Shown piece after piece: positions 9,929 through 19,533 of a stretch of DNA of 64,000 nt; the first letter of the stretch is position 1; every line of letters starts with the position of its first letter. This DNA comes from Negativicutes bacterium (GTDB lineage Bacteria; Bacillota; JAAYKD01). The translations under genes and the position numbers were made by a program. The notes under the pieces were generated by a model. The model was not told the DNA's origin. It did no database searches and saw nothing but the letters and a program-made list of their open reading frames with translations. Location of the stretch: assembly GCA_021372785.1 (NCBI GenBank), contig JAJFTT010000004.1, forward strand, positions 19,891 to 83,890, read 5' to 3'.

Positions 9929-10390
9929 TTAGATGAGCTCAGCTGCCATATCAATCTCATCGCCTCCCTGGGCGATTGGCACAAAACCATAGCTGCGGTA
10001 TAATTGCCTGGCCGGTTCATTATCGCCGATACAAGTCAGAACAGCCCGGCTGCCGCCGGCAGCCTTCAGATAACTCATACAGAGGCGCATGGCAGCTTTG
10101 CCATAACCGCAGCCCTGGTAGGCCTGATCAATCATGAAACGCCAGATCTCATAATAGTCTTTTTCTTTTTTTACATTGAACATGACAAAGCCCACAGCGG
10201 TTTCTCCATCCATAATCAGAAAAGGTCTGGCGCTTTTATTTACCGCAGCCTTCGCCAAGGACTGACGATTGGAGGCAACATAATACTCTTGTTCCGGATT
10301 TACTTCCAGAGCCAGACATTGCTTGAGATTCTCCGCTGTTAGAGAGACCAAACGCACTTTTTTGGCAATCCTTTTTTGTTGTTTTCCCAT
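9929..10390 (-). CDS. GNAT N-acetyltransferase (spermine/spermidine acetyltransferase-like)
   Basis: EIWRFMIDQAYQGCGYGKAA (motif A) and NEPARQLYRSYGF (motif B). Confidence 0.88.
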   Translation of the reverse strand: MGKQQKRIAKKVRLVSLTAENLKQCLALEVNPEQEYYVASNRQSLAKAAVNKSARPFLIMDGETAVGFVMFNVKKEKDYYEIWRFMIDQAYQGCGYGKAAMRLCMSYLKAAGGSRAVLTCIGDNEPARQLYRSYGFVPIAQGGDEIDMAAELI

Positions 10391-10447
10391 TTTTCCTCTT
10401 TCTCAGCGATTTGCTGCGCCGATTCGTGCGCTCTTGCTGCTGTCGCT

Positions 10448-11002
10448 TCAGCGATAGTCCATTGTCCATTGCATCGCCATTTCGATTTCACCGTCACTGC
10501 ATCCGCCGGTCGGCAGAAAGCGGTCACTGCGATATGACTTCTGCGCAACTTTATTTTCCGGTTCGACCGACAATACCACCCGCTCTGCGTAGCCTTTTTC
10601 AGAGAATCAAGACATAGCCGCATGGCCGCGCAGCCGGTCCCGAAAAGCAATATGCCTTTGCCATTCCAGGCTGCTCTTGGCACAAACAGAGAGACGGCGC
10701 TTCATCCGATGCGGCTTTCCGCTTTATTGAAATGCTTCCCGGTCTGGTATGCCAAGTTCTCCTTCATGAATATAAAAGACCGCCAGCAGTCTCTGTTTGA
10801 TTTCGCCAAACAAATCGTCTCCCATGATCAAGTCCAGATCAATCACCGGTTTTGCCGCTAAACCCGGCCCCGATGTACTGCCGACATGTTCGATCTCAAG
10901 ATTGGGCAGCGGCAAGGCGGCTGCCAGCTCCGATTTGATTTTTGCGAATTCGTTGGGCCAGTTTGGATCATAAGGCAGAACAATCACTTTCTTTTTATGC
11001 AA
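10448..11002 (-). pseudogene. Degraded GrpB-family gene joined to a frameshifted GNAT C-terminal remnant
   Basis: GrpB motifs YDPNW, EHVGSTS, AKPVIDLD, then TAA at 10724-10726 with in-frame continuation (S)GKPHRM...RHIAFRDRLR. After that, AAMRLCLDSLKK and, after a frameshift, AERVVLSVEPENKVAQKSYR, which parallels the next GNAT. Confidence 0.75.
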
Positions 11003-11131
11003 TTGGCTCTTCCTCACCATTGAAAAGATATTTTTATTATATCATATTTCAGGCAGCATTACCAGTATTTCCCTTGCCGCCGGTCAAAATGCCTTGCTGA
11101 TCCTCTCTGCATTGCTGACAACGGAGCCGAT

Positions 11132-11176
11132 AAATAAAAAACGGATTGATTACAGCCAATCAATCCGTTTTTTATT

Positions 11177-11177
<1 letters not shown>
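11132..11177 (-). terminator. Terminator hairpin after tRNA-Thr
   Basis: Perfect 20-bp inverted repeat AAATAAAAAACGGATTGATT / AATCAATCCGTTTTTTATTT. Confidence 0.8.
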
Positions 11178-11252
<75 letters not shown>

Positions 11253-11292
11253 ATATCTGCCGAAGAATCCGGCAAGCCTTGCAACGGGAGAT

Positions 11293-11321
11293 AGTATAGC
11301 ATGAGTCAATCTGAAAATCAA
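11293..11321 (-). promoter_or_regulatory. Promoter of tRNA-Thr
   Basis: TTGATT-17 bp-TATACT with extended -10 TG. Confidence 0.6.
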
Positions 11322-11547
11322 GAGCAGCCACAGAGAAAAAATCTGTTTCGTCAAAAATCGGGCTTCTCAGGATTGTTGAGGAGAAAGGCAGTTTCATCTC
11401 ATCTGTAAAACAATCATTCTATCGGCTCAGCCGCAGTGCCTGGCAATCCACTATCCGTAAAAATCGGCAAATTTTTACTTTTTTCTCTTGTGTTTCTATT
11501 TTCGTTCGTGTTATACTCAAAAAAAAGCCGGAAAGTAGTGAAGAGGC

Positions 11548-12468
11548 ATGAAGTTATACGGATACGGTGAGCATTACCTCATCCCGATGGAGACAGCCGA
11601 TCTGTCCGTCTGGCCAGAGAAATATATCTTAGTGATGGACTCCCGTGAGTTTTCCCTTTATAAAACAGTCTGTGGTTTTGCAGAACCGCGTGTGGTTGAT
11701 TTTGACAGTATCCGTTTGAGCAAAGTCGAATCTCATTTTGATTATTATCTCGGTACCTTTCTTATGCCGAATCTGTCTGACACAGAAGATGATAAAAAAT
11801 TCGTCTACTATATAAAACCCGGCAGGATTGTCTTTGTGGATGATAAAAACACCGTTCTGCCTCTGCTGCAATGTATAGTCGAAACGAAAAATTGGCAGCA
11901 GATCTCTCCTGAACGCTTTTTGTTTGACTTTTTTGACGATCTGACCGGTGATGACATCGATGTCCTGGAAGAACTGGAGGAACGCATCTCAAATCTGGAA
12001 GACGCCGTCTTGGCCGGCAACCTGGAAAACTTCAACGAGAAAATGATTGTTTGTCATAAGGAATTGCTCACCTTATTGAATTGTTATACCCAAATTATCG
12101 AAATTGCCCATACCTTTCACAACAACGAAAATAACTGTTTTCAGATCAACCGCTTATATCTCTTCCGATTGTTTGCGGAACGCACAGAGCGGCTGAAGAA
12201 CAATACGCAGAGCATCCGGGAATATTCTATGCAAATCCGGGAAGTCTACCGCTCCAGCATCGAATTGCGGCAAAACAATATTATGACCGTTTTCACGATT
12301 ATCACTTCGGTTTTTACCCCGCTGACCTTTATCGTGGGTTGGTATGGCATGAATTTCGTGCATATGCCGGAGCTGCACTGGCAATATGGTTATCCTGCAG
12401 TAATTCTGATCAGTATACTCACTGTTCTACTCTGCCTCTGGCTCTTTAAAAAGAAAAAATATATCTGA
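11548..12468 (+). CDS. corA: CorA-family Mg2+/Co2+ transporter
   Basis: C-terminal two TM helices with PLTFIVGWYGMNFVHMPEL (GMN motif). Confidence 0.95.
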   Translation: MKLYGYGEHYLIPMETADLSVWPEKYILVMDSREFSLYKTVCGFAEPRVVDFDSIRLSKVESHFDYYLGTFLMPNLSDTEDDKKFVYYIKPGRIVFVDDKNTVLPLLQCIVETKNWQQISPERFLFDFFDDLTGDDIDVLEELEERISNLEDAVLAGNLENFNEKMIVCHKELLTLLNCYTQIIEIAHTFHNNENNCFQINRLYLFRLFAERTERLKNNTQSIREYSMQIREVYRSSIELRQNNIMTVFTIITSVFTPLTFIVGWYGMNFVHMPELHWQYGYPAVILISILTVLLCLWLFKKKKYI

Positions 12469-12527
12469 AAACCGGCAGTAGCTCTATCCTTCGACACAGC
12501 CCCTCCCGATCCGATTCCATCTCAAAA

Positions 12528-12845
12528 TTAGCTGTCAATCCAATTCCCAACAATCCGAAGCATCCTTTTTTTGTCCTGATCAGATTCTGCAATCGGAATT
12601 GTCAGTACAGCCGGAATGATCAGCAATCAATTTCAGATGATCCGCACACAGGACATCATGCTTGTCAAGGAAATTGAGGAACCTAAGTGCTGCAATTTCT
12701 TTTTTACCATCAACAAAGCGCTTTTTTTCGTCATATATCGTAAGCAGATTCGCTGCTTATTCTTCAAGTGACGCGTATACGTCATTTCCTGCAAAGGTAG
12801 GCAGACGCTACCAATACTTCCTTAAAAAAATCATCTCTCACCCTG
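12528..12845 (-). pseudogene. Fic/Doc-domain (RhuM-Fic type) pseudogene fragment
   Basis: Stitched frames give GSIGSV..FAGNDVYASLEE*AANLL...RFVDGKKEIAALRFLNFLDKHDVL...LTIPIAESDQDKK, a decayed H-x-F-x-D-G-N-K-R region with a stop and frameshifts. Not in the ORF track. Confidence 0.65.
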
Positions 12846-13080
12846 ATTCGGATCACTTTTCCAAATCCTTGATCCGATCATGATCGACAGCATTATCCGG
12901 CCATCTCTATATTCTTAAGTGTCCTGTAGCCCCTTTCTGAAATGTTACGCTCCCTTTTGACTTAATTCAATACCCGCCAGTCAGGGTGACGTCCGGATGA
13001 TCGTATAGATAATCTCTCTTTTTTGAGCAATTCATTTTCATCCATTCCTATCTGCATCGAGAGAAAATATGGGTACATAA

Positions 13081-13121
13081 GAAAAGCGACAAAGATATGT
13101 TATATCTTAGTCGCTTCTTCT
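13081..13121 (-). terminator. Hairpin terminator after the tRNA operon
   Basis: GAAAAGCGAC-AAAGATAT-gtt-ATATCTTA-GTCGCTTCTTC imperfect inverted repeat. Confidence 0.6.
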
Positions 13122-13192
13122 GCTTACGAACCTAGCTTAATTGTAAAGGCAAAACCACCTTCCCAAAAGCGAAAGTTCGTATAATACTCCTG

Positions 13193-13269
13193 TGGTCGGG
13201 GCGAGAGGATTCGAACCTCCGGCCTTTTGGTCCCGAACCAAACGCGCTACCAAGCTGCGCTACGCCCCG
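13193..13269 (-). tRNA. tRNA-Pro(CGG)
   Basis: Anticodon arm TTTGG-TTCGGGA-CCAAA; CCA end. Confidence 0.95.
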
Positions 13270-13315
13270 AAACGATAAAAGAAAGAGCTGTTCAGGACAG
13301 CTCCGGAATCAACAA

Positions 13316-13392
13316 TGGTGGGAGCGACGTGGATCGAACACGTGACCTCTACCGTGTCAAGGTAGCGCTCATACCAACTGAGCTACGCCCCC
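13316..13392 (-). tRNA. tRNA-Val(GAC)
   Basis: Anticodon arm CTACC-TTGACAC-GGTAG; CCA end. Confidence 0.95.
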
Positions 13393-13398
13393 ATCGTT

Positions 13399-13474
13399 TG
13401 GAGCGGAAAACGGGACTCGGACCCGCAACCTCCACCTTGGCAAGGTGGCGCTCTACCAATTGAGCTATTTCCGC
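13399..13474 (-). tRNA. tRNA-Gly(GCC)
   Basis: Anticodon arm CCACC-TTGCCAA-GGTGG; T-loop TCCGAGT. Confidence 0.95.
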
Positions 13475-13481
13475 GGGAAAA

Positions 13482-13569
13482 TGGTGCCGGGAACCGGAAT
13501 CGAACCGGTATGATCTTTTGGATCGAGGGATTTTAAGTCCCTTGCGTCTGCCAGTTCCGCCATCCCGGC
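13482..13569 (-). tRNA. tRNA-Leu(TAA)
   Basis: Anticodon arm AGGGA-CTTAAAA-TCCCT; long variable arm. Confidence 0.95.
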
Positions 13570-13580
13570 ATAAATTAATA

Positions 13581-13655
13581 TGGAGGCGGCACCCAGATTC
13601 GGACTGGGGAATAAAGGTTTTGCAGACCTTTGCCTTACCACTTGGCGATGCCGCC
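13581..13655 (-). tRNA. tRNA-Cys(GCA)
   Basis: Anticodon arm AAGGT-CTGCAAA-ACCTT; discriminator U73; T-loop TCCGAAT. Confidence 0.95.
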
Positions 13656-13669
13656 ATACCAAGAAAAAT

Positions 13670-13745
13670 TGGAGCGGAAAACGGGACTCGGACCCGCAAC
13701 CTCCACCTTGGCAAGGTGGCGCTCTACCAATTGAGCTATTTCCGC
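13670..13745 (-). tRNA. tRNA-Gly(GCC), identical second copy
   Basis: Same 76 nt as 13399-13474. Confidence 0.95.
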
Positions 13746-13752
13746 GCGAGAA

Positions 13753-13828
<76 letters not shown>

Positions 13829-13834
13829 ATAGCC

Positions 13835-13911
13835 TGGCGGAACTGAACGGATTTGAACCGTCGATCTCCTGCGTGACAGGCAGGCATGTTAGGCCGCTAC
13901 ACCACAGTTCC
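13835..13911 (-). tRNA. tRNA-Asp(GTC)
   Basis: Anticodon arm CCTGC-CTGTCAC-GCAGG; CCA end. Confidence 0.95.
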
Positions 13912-13942
13912 ATTCCTTACTGGTTTCGTCCAAGCAGAAAGT

Positions 13943-13971
13943 ATTATATCCTAAGAATTTCGGTTCGTCAA
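13943..13971 (-). promoter_or_regulatory. Sigma-A promoter of the 8-tRNA operon (Asp-Phe-Gly-Cys-Leu-Gly-Val-Pro)
   Basis: TTGACG-17 bp-TATAAT. Confidence 0.85.
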
Positions 13972-13991
13972 TAGTTATTTTCACTTTTTCA

Positions 13992-14738
13992 TCAAACTCC
14001 TGGATTTTTTTTCGCCTGTTTGGCGATTTTCTCCGCAACTTGATGGGCTGACAGTTCAATTTCGTCGTTTAATGTCTTAAATTTCCAATCAATTTTGCGC
14101 CGCTGCAGAGCCAATTGCAGCAGATAATCTGCCAGTGCCGGGTTTTTAGGCAGCAGAGAACCATGCAGATAGGAACCAAAAACATTCCGGTAAATGCAGC
14201 CTTCCCAGCCGTCTTCCCCGTTGTTGCCATAACCGGCAATCACTTTGCCCAAGGGTTTTGCTGTCGGTCCGAGGTAGGTCAAGCCACTGTGATTTTCAAA
14301 GCCAACGAGCCTGCCGCCTGGCGTATTGCTTTCAATCAGCACATTGCCAATCAGGCGCTTGCTGCCGGCAACCGTCCAGACATCCAAAATTCCGATGCCC
14401 GGAATGATTTGCTTTTCATCCACCTGATAGTATTTGCCCAGCAATTGATAGCCGCCACAGATGGCCAGGATCACCATATCGTCTTCGACCGCATCAATCA
14501 AACAGTTTTTTTTGACTTCCTGAAAATCCTGGCAGATCAGTTTTTGCTCCCGATCCTGTCCTCCGCCAATAAAGAGCAGGTCAAAGTCATCGGGAGCGAA
14601 GGTCTCACCCGGCGCCAGCGTGATCACCTGCGGCTGTAAACCATGCCATTCGGCTCGTCGGGCCAAAGCGATCACATTGCCTTTGTCTCCGTAAAGATTC
14701 ATTTGGTTGGGATACAGATGCGCAATTTTAAAATTCAT
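13992..14738 (-). CDS. gatD: Lipid II isoglutaminyl synthase glutaminase subunit (CobQ-like GATase)
   Basis: HLYPNQMNLYGDKGN, LAICGGYQ (Cys), GFENHSG and SYLHGSLLPKNP motifs; follows murT. Confidence 0.9.
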   Translation of the reverse strand: MNFKIAHLYPNQMNLYGDKGNVIALARRAEWHGLQPQVITLAPGETFAPDDFDLLFIGGGQDREQKLICQDFQEVKKNCLIDAVEDDMVILAICGGYQLLGKYYQVDEKQIIPGIGILDVWTVAGSKRLIGNVLIESNTPGGRLVGFENHSGLTYLGPTAKPLGKVIAGYGNNGEDGWEGCIYRNVFGSYLHGSLLPKNPALADYLLQLALQRRKIDWKFKTLNDEIELSAHQVAEKIAKQAKKNPGV

Positions 14739-14740
14739 GA

Positions 14741-16135
14741 CTATTCCTCCCAATATTGCTGTACATAGCCTTGTTCCGCCAGAATCGAACGCAAGCCCAG
14801 CATAGAGGTATAATTCGGCATGATCAGCAGCATCTCGCCCACCGGTGTTAGCTGCACCGCCGCGGCAAGTGCGGTTGCCAGGTCGGGAATCACCTGTTCC
14901 TTCTCCAGACTGAGGCCGGCGTACTTGAGCCGCAGCGCCATATCGAAGGCCCGGCTACCGCTGAATGTCAGGCTGGCGAGCCTGTCGGCCGCTGTCTGCA
15001 ATTGTTCATAATCCACATCCCAGATCCAGGAAATATCGGTTCCATCCGCATAATTATCATTCAGGGCCAATAAAAGATGCAACTGCCCTTCCTGTTGTAA
15101 GAAAGTACGGATCACCTCATTGCAGCCGGTTGGATTTTTCACCAGTGCCATGATCACGCTGCGGCCGGCTACTTCCAGCCGTTCCATACGGCCAAAAGCG
15201 TGCCGAAAGGCGGCAATCCCTGCTGCCAGCCGCTGCGGCGGTATTTGCATCTTTTCTACCGCACACCACGCTGCCAACGCGTTGTAGACATTATAGAGAC
15301 CCGGTAATTGGAATTCGACCGGCACTGCGCGGCCGGCTGCGTTTTGAATGGAAAACTCGCTGCCCAGCAAGCCCTTCAGGCGAATTTTAGTGGCAAACAG
15401 ATCCAGCGGCGGGCGCTCAAAAGCGCAGGCAGGACAGTGGTAAATACCCAGATGGGCATAGTAATAGCGCTCATAGGTCAGCATGGCGCCGCAGCGTGGG
15501 CAATATTTGCCTTCTGCAGTCTGCTCCATGCTTTGACGTCCAAATTTCTCATCATCAATACCAAAATAATGATAATCTAAGCCTTGCACGCCGGCCAGAC
15601 CAACTACAATGGGATCATCGCCATTTAAAAATACGGTTGTGCCCGCCGGCAGCGCGGTCAGACCGCGCCGAATAAAAGAAACCGTTTTATCCAGTTCGCC
15701 AAAACGATCCAATTGGTCACGGAAAAAGTTAGTTACAATGACGATCTTTGGTGTGATCGCCTGACACAAGAGCGGAAAAGCCGCTTCGTCCGCTTCAATT
15801 ACGGCGCAATCCTGATGCAGATGACCGAATAGATCGGTGGATTTTAAAAATGATGCCGTGATGCCGGGCAGCAAATTGGCTCCTGTTTTGTTATGAACCA
15901 CTTTGATCCTATTTTCTTCCAGGACAGCGCTGATCAGAGCTGCAGTCGTTGTTTTACCGTTGGTGCCCGTGATCACAATGCTGCCCAGGGGCAATCGTCG
16001 GTTCAGTTCCGACAGACAGGCAGGATCAATTTGATTGGCCAATTGACCGGGAAAAGAAGTACCTCCTCCCAGCTTCAGCCTGCGAATCGTGCCTGCGGCT
16101 AGCTTCGCAACAAAAACAGCCAGGGAATAACGCAT
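14741..16135 (-). CDS. murT: Lipid II isoglutaminyl synthase Mur-ligase subunit (DUF1727)
   Basis: ITGTNGKTTT, NFFRDQLDRFGE, CPRC...CPAC Zn finger, ADGTDISWIWD. Confidence 0.92.
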   Translation of the reverse strand: MRYSLAVFVAKLAAGTIRRLKLGGGTSFPGQLANQIDPACLSELNRRLPLGSIVITGTNGKTTTAALISAVLEENRIKVVHNKTGANLLPGITASFLKSTDLFGHLHQDCAVIEADEAAFPLLCQAITPKIVIVTNFFRDQLDRFGELDKTVSFIRRGLTALPAGTTVFLNGDDPIVVGLAGVQGLDYHYFGIDDEKFGRQSMEQTAEGKYCPRCGAMLTYERYYYAHLGIYHCPACAFERPPLDLFATKIRLKGLLGSEFSIQNAAGRAVPVEFQLPGLYNVYNALAAWCAVEKMQIPPQRLAAGIAAFRHAFGRMERLEVAGRSVIMALVKNPTGCNEVIRTFLQQEGQLHLLLALNDNYADGTDISWIWDVDYEQLQTAADRLASLTFSGSRAFDMALRLKYAGLSLEKEQVIPDLATALAAAVQLTPVGEMLLIMPNYTSMLGLRSILAEQGYVQQYWEE

Positions 16136-16304
16136 CCGAATTCCGCCTTCCTATAGAAAATGGCTGCCTCTTGTCAACTCAAAAGACAGCCTGACCGTAT
16201 ACATTGGGATTTTTCGAAAAAAGGAACCGACCTCTTGCTTACGTACAGTGAAAGTATAGCATGAAATCTTTTTGAACGCAAGCAGGCGCTGCTTTTTCAG
16301 CCGT

Positions 16305-16763
16305 TTAAAAAGCCAGCACTTCGTAGTATGTCACTTGTCGGCTAATGAAATTAATATATATTTTCAGCCGTACTTCCGGTCCGCCGCCCAGCCAGTCATC
16401 AAAATAGCGGCGATCTTTTTCTTTGATCACGCTCAGGGGAAAGCGATAGGTATTCTTTTGATCTTTTAAAATAAAAGAGGCATCATAATCGCGTATCTCC
16501 ACGACTTGTCCGACGACTTCCTGGCAGAAGACGCCAAGTGCAATTTTTCGCAATTCTCTGACGATAAAATTTTCTTTGCCGGAAGCATCGCGGTAGTTGA
16601 CCAGCCAGTTGCCGACCAACAGAAACAAGCCGAGTAAGAACAATTCATCCAAAAATCCGGGAATAAACATGCCGACTCCAACCAGCAAAACGATTCCGAG
16701 CAGGATAAAAACCACACCCGCGATGATTAATAAGATTTTTAGAATCCGGTCGTAGATATCCAT
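16305..16763 (-). CDS. Hypothetical membrane protein (2 N-terminal TM helices plus a beta-rich domain)
   Basis: ATG at 16763 with RBS GGGAGG and its own promoter; hydrophobic N-terminal segments; no family recognised. Confidence 0.7.
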   Translation of the reverse strand: MDIYDRILKILLIIAGVVFILLGIVLLVGVGMFIPGFLDELFLLGLFLLVGNWLVNYRDASGKENFIVRELRKIALGVFCQEVVGQVVEIRDYDASFILKDQKNTYRFPLSVIKEKDRRYFDDWLGGGPEVRLKIYINFISRQVTYYEVLAF

Positions 16764-16785
16764 CCTAAGGCACCTCCCGAATTTA

Positions 16786-16814
16786 AGTATATCGCATCTA
16801 CCAGTCTTCGGCAA
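16786..16814 (-). promoter_or_regulatory. Promoter of the hypothetical membrane protein gene
   Basis: TTGCCG-17 bp-TATACT. Confidence 0.65.
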
Positions 16815-17027
16815 GTGTTATTTTAAAGAGATGTGAGAAAATCAAGGGTTCGCGAAAGCGATTTGTTCTTTTAGAACAAATCCCCATTTTCTGCCACTGT
16901 CAGCGTTTTAGAGGGAAGGTTACGGTCTGGCTGCACTTTCAAAACCAAACTTAGCGGCAGAGCGTAGGAAGCATGGAATCCAAAAAACAGCGGACTGATT
17001 TTTCGATCAATCCGCCTGTGATTATTT

Positions 17028-17102
17028 TGGTGCGCCCGGGGGGAATCGAACCCTCGCTTCCAAGTCCGGAGCCTGGCGGTCTATCCACTGAGCTACGGGC
17101 GC
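17028..17102 (-). tRNA. tRNA-Arg(CCG)
   Basis: Anticodon arm CCAGG-CTCCGGA-CTTGG; CCA end. Confidence 0.93.
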
Positions 17103-17147
17103 AATGTCAATATTATAGCACATTCATTTTTGAAAATCCACAACTTT

Positions 17148-18305
17148 TTATCCAAAATGAATCAATCCGCTGAAAAAACCATAAATTTCCTGCCAGATCA
17201 CTTTAAAAAAGTTTGCTTTTGCCACTTCATTCGCGGCAATTAAGTCAACCGTCTTTTGATGAACCCCCTTGTAGGAAATGTCCATGGCAGCTAAGGCTTG
17301 CCCCTGTGTAAAAGGAGCTGTAATTTCCATAATTTGATTCGTAACTACTACATTTTCCTGATCTCCTCTGGCTATGATACAGGCTGCATCTTCCGCCAAG
17401 AGCAAATCCACGCTGTTTACCCGGCCGCGCCGTACCGCCACGTTTGTCACAATACTGCCCTTTTTGCCGGCCACATAACGATCAAAATTGCGAAAGCCAT
17501 AATCCAATAAATTGCCTGCCTCGGCTACCCTTGTTTCTTCGCTTTCGGCGCCCATAATCACTGCGATCAGGCGCCAGTCATTGCGCAGAGAGCTGACTGC
17601 GATGGAATAACCGGCATTATCGGTAAAACCGGTTTTGATCCCGTCCACGCCGGGGTATTTGCCCAGCATCGGATTTCGGTTGGCTTGTGTAATATCGCCA
17701 TAGGTTAGTTCGCTTTGGGAGAAATATTTTACGGCTTGAGGATGGTTTTTATAAAGCTGGCTGCAGAGCGCAGCAATGTCCGCCGCTGACATGTAATGAT
17801 CTTTCGCATCCAAGCCATGCGGATTGGCAAAGTGGGAATGAGTCATACCTAGTTCTTTTGCCTGGGCATTCATCATCGCAACAAAACCTGACAGGCTGCC
17901 GCCGATGTGCTCTGCCAGACAAATCGCCGCATCATTGCCGGAAACAACACATAAGCCCTGCAGCAGTTGCTCGACGGTCACTTTATCACCGACATTGAGA
18001 AACATGGAAGACTCGCCGATTTCCCAGGCCTCTTTGCTGACGGTTACCACATCGGTCAAAGCAATCTTGCTATTCATCAGCGCTTCCATGGCGACATACA
18101 TGGTCATCACTTTTGTGATACTGGCAGGCGCTAACTGTTCGTTGGCATTCTGTTCCAATAAAATTTGACCCGACTCCTGGTCCATTAAAATCGCAGCTTT
18201 GCAATCGGCTGTGTAAGGTGTTGCGGCCAACGCAGTTTGCGGTACAGCTAAGAGAAGTGTAAGTATCGTCAATAAAATCAATCGCCGGAATTTGTTCATT
18301 ATCAT
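17148..18305 (-). CDS. D-alanyl-D-alanine carboxypeptidase (peptidase S11, PBP5/DacF-like)
   Basis: Signal peptide; SxxK (ASITK), SxN (SGND) and KTG motifs; NPHGL. Confidence 0.93.
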   Translation of the reverse strand: MIMNKFRRLILLTILTLLLAVPQTALAATPYTADCKAAILMDQESGQILLEQNANEQLAPASITKVMTMYVAMEALMNSKIALTDVVTVSKEAWEIGESSMFLNVGDKVTVEQLLQGLCVVSGNDAAICLAEHIGGSLSGFVAMMNAQAKELGMTHSHFANPHGLDAKDHYMSAADIAALCSQLYKNHPQAVKYFSQSELTYGDITQANRNPMLGKYPGVDGIKTGFTDNAGYSIAVSSLRNDWRLIAVIMGAESEETRVAEAGNLLDYGFRNFDRYVAGKKGSIVTNVAVRRGRVNSVDLLLAEDAACIIARGDQENVVVTNQIMEITAPFTQGQALAAMDISYKGVHQKTVDLIAANEVAKANFFKVIWQEIYGFFSGLIHFG

Positions 18306-18522
18306 CCACCGCCATCCCTGAGTCTCAAATCGTTTGAATTCATTTGATTACAAAAAAAGCTGTTGTCTGTCAAACGGATCGGACAGACAGAACCTTGCCA
18401 GTGTTTTTAGTTCTTGATGCTCTGCTATTCTCCTTTTCGCTGATGATAAATTCTTAAATTATTCATATCTCTTTCTTTCCTGAGCACTAAGAAAATCACG
18501 GAGAGAGGTCTTCTCTCCGTGA

Positions 18523-19521
18523 TCATGATTTCGTCTCGGCTGTCTGGCCGATCGTATATAAATGGCAGGCAACCTGGTGCTCGTTGCCTACGTCGATCAA
18601 TTCCGGTTCGACTTCATGGCATTTGGCAAATGCTTTTCTGCAGCGCGTATGAAACCGGCAGCCACCGGGTGGATTTACCGGACTGGGCACATCGCCTTCC
18701 AGCAAAATGCGGTGACGCTCCAAACCGGGTTCCGGAATGGGAATGGCGGACATCAGCGCTTCGGTATAAGGATGCAGCGGATTGCCGTATAATTCCTCGC
18801 TGCTGCAAATTTCGACCATTTTTCCCAAATACATCACGCCTACCCGGTCGGAAATGTGTTTGATCACCGCCAGGCCATGCGCGATGAATAAATAAGTTAA
18901 GCCGTATTCATCCTGTAATTCGTCTAAGAGATTGAGGATCTGCGACTGAATGGAGACATCCAGGGCAGAGACCGGCTCATCACAGACAATCAATTTCGGA
19001 TTCAGGGCCAAAGCTCTGGCGATACCGATTCTCTGCCGTTGACCGCCGGAAAATTCATGCGGATAACGTCTGGCATGATAGGGCGAAAGACCAACGACAC
19101 TCAGCAATTCTTTGACTCTCTTGTCACGTTCGGCACCTTTGCATATATTGTGAATCTCCAAAGGTTCCGCTATGATGTCGCCAATGCTCATGCGCGGATT
19201 CAGCGAAGAATAAGGATCCTGATAAATCAGCTGCATCTCACGGCGAATTTTCCGCATATCATCGCGATTCAATTTCATGATATCCTGACCTTCAAAGAAA
19301 ACTTCTCCCACGGCATATTCGTTCAGCCGCAGAATAGATTTTCCGGTCGTCGTTTTACCGCAGCCGGATTCTCCTACCAAACCCAGTGTTTCTCCTTTAC
19401 GAATTAGAAAACTGACGTCATCCACCGCTTTGATATAACCGGTTACTTTGGAAAACAGCCCATTTTTGATGGGAAAATAAGTCTTGAGGTGACGAACATC
19501 CAGTAAAATTTCATTTGACAT
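18523..19521 (-). CDS. oppF: Peptide ABC transporter ATP-binding protein (OppF/AppF)
   Basis: [26 protein letters not shown] and C-terminal GCRFHTRC...VACH motifs. Confidence 0.93.
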   Translation of the reverse strand: MSNEILLDVRHLKTYFPIKNGLFSKVTGYIKAVDDVSFLIRKGETLGLVGESGCGKTTTGKSILRLNEYAVGEVFFEGQDIMKLNRDDMRKIRREMQLIYQDPYSSLNPRMSIGDIIAEPLEIHNICKGAERDKRVKELLSVVGLSPYHARRYPHEFSGGQRQRIGIARALALNPKLIVCDEPVSALDVSIQSQILNLLDELQDEYGLTYLFIAHGLAVIKHISDRVGVMYLGKMVEICSSEELYGNPLHPYTEALMSAIPIPEPGLERHRILLEGDVPSPVNPPGGCRFHTRCRKAFAKCHEVEPELIDVGNEHQVACHLYTIGQTAETKS

Positions 19522-19533
19522 TGGGCTCTCTCC

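Noticed and set aside
13140-13185. AAAGGCAAAACC resembling a c-di-GMP-I riboswitch
   Set aside because: The GNRA/receptor stem and second hairpin are absent, and there is no downstream gene in that orientation.
13399-13745. Exact 76-bp direct repeat (possible att sites or CRISPR)
   Set aside because: Both copies are complete tRNA-Gly genes in an operon; no integrase, spacers or cas genes.
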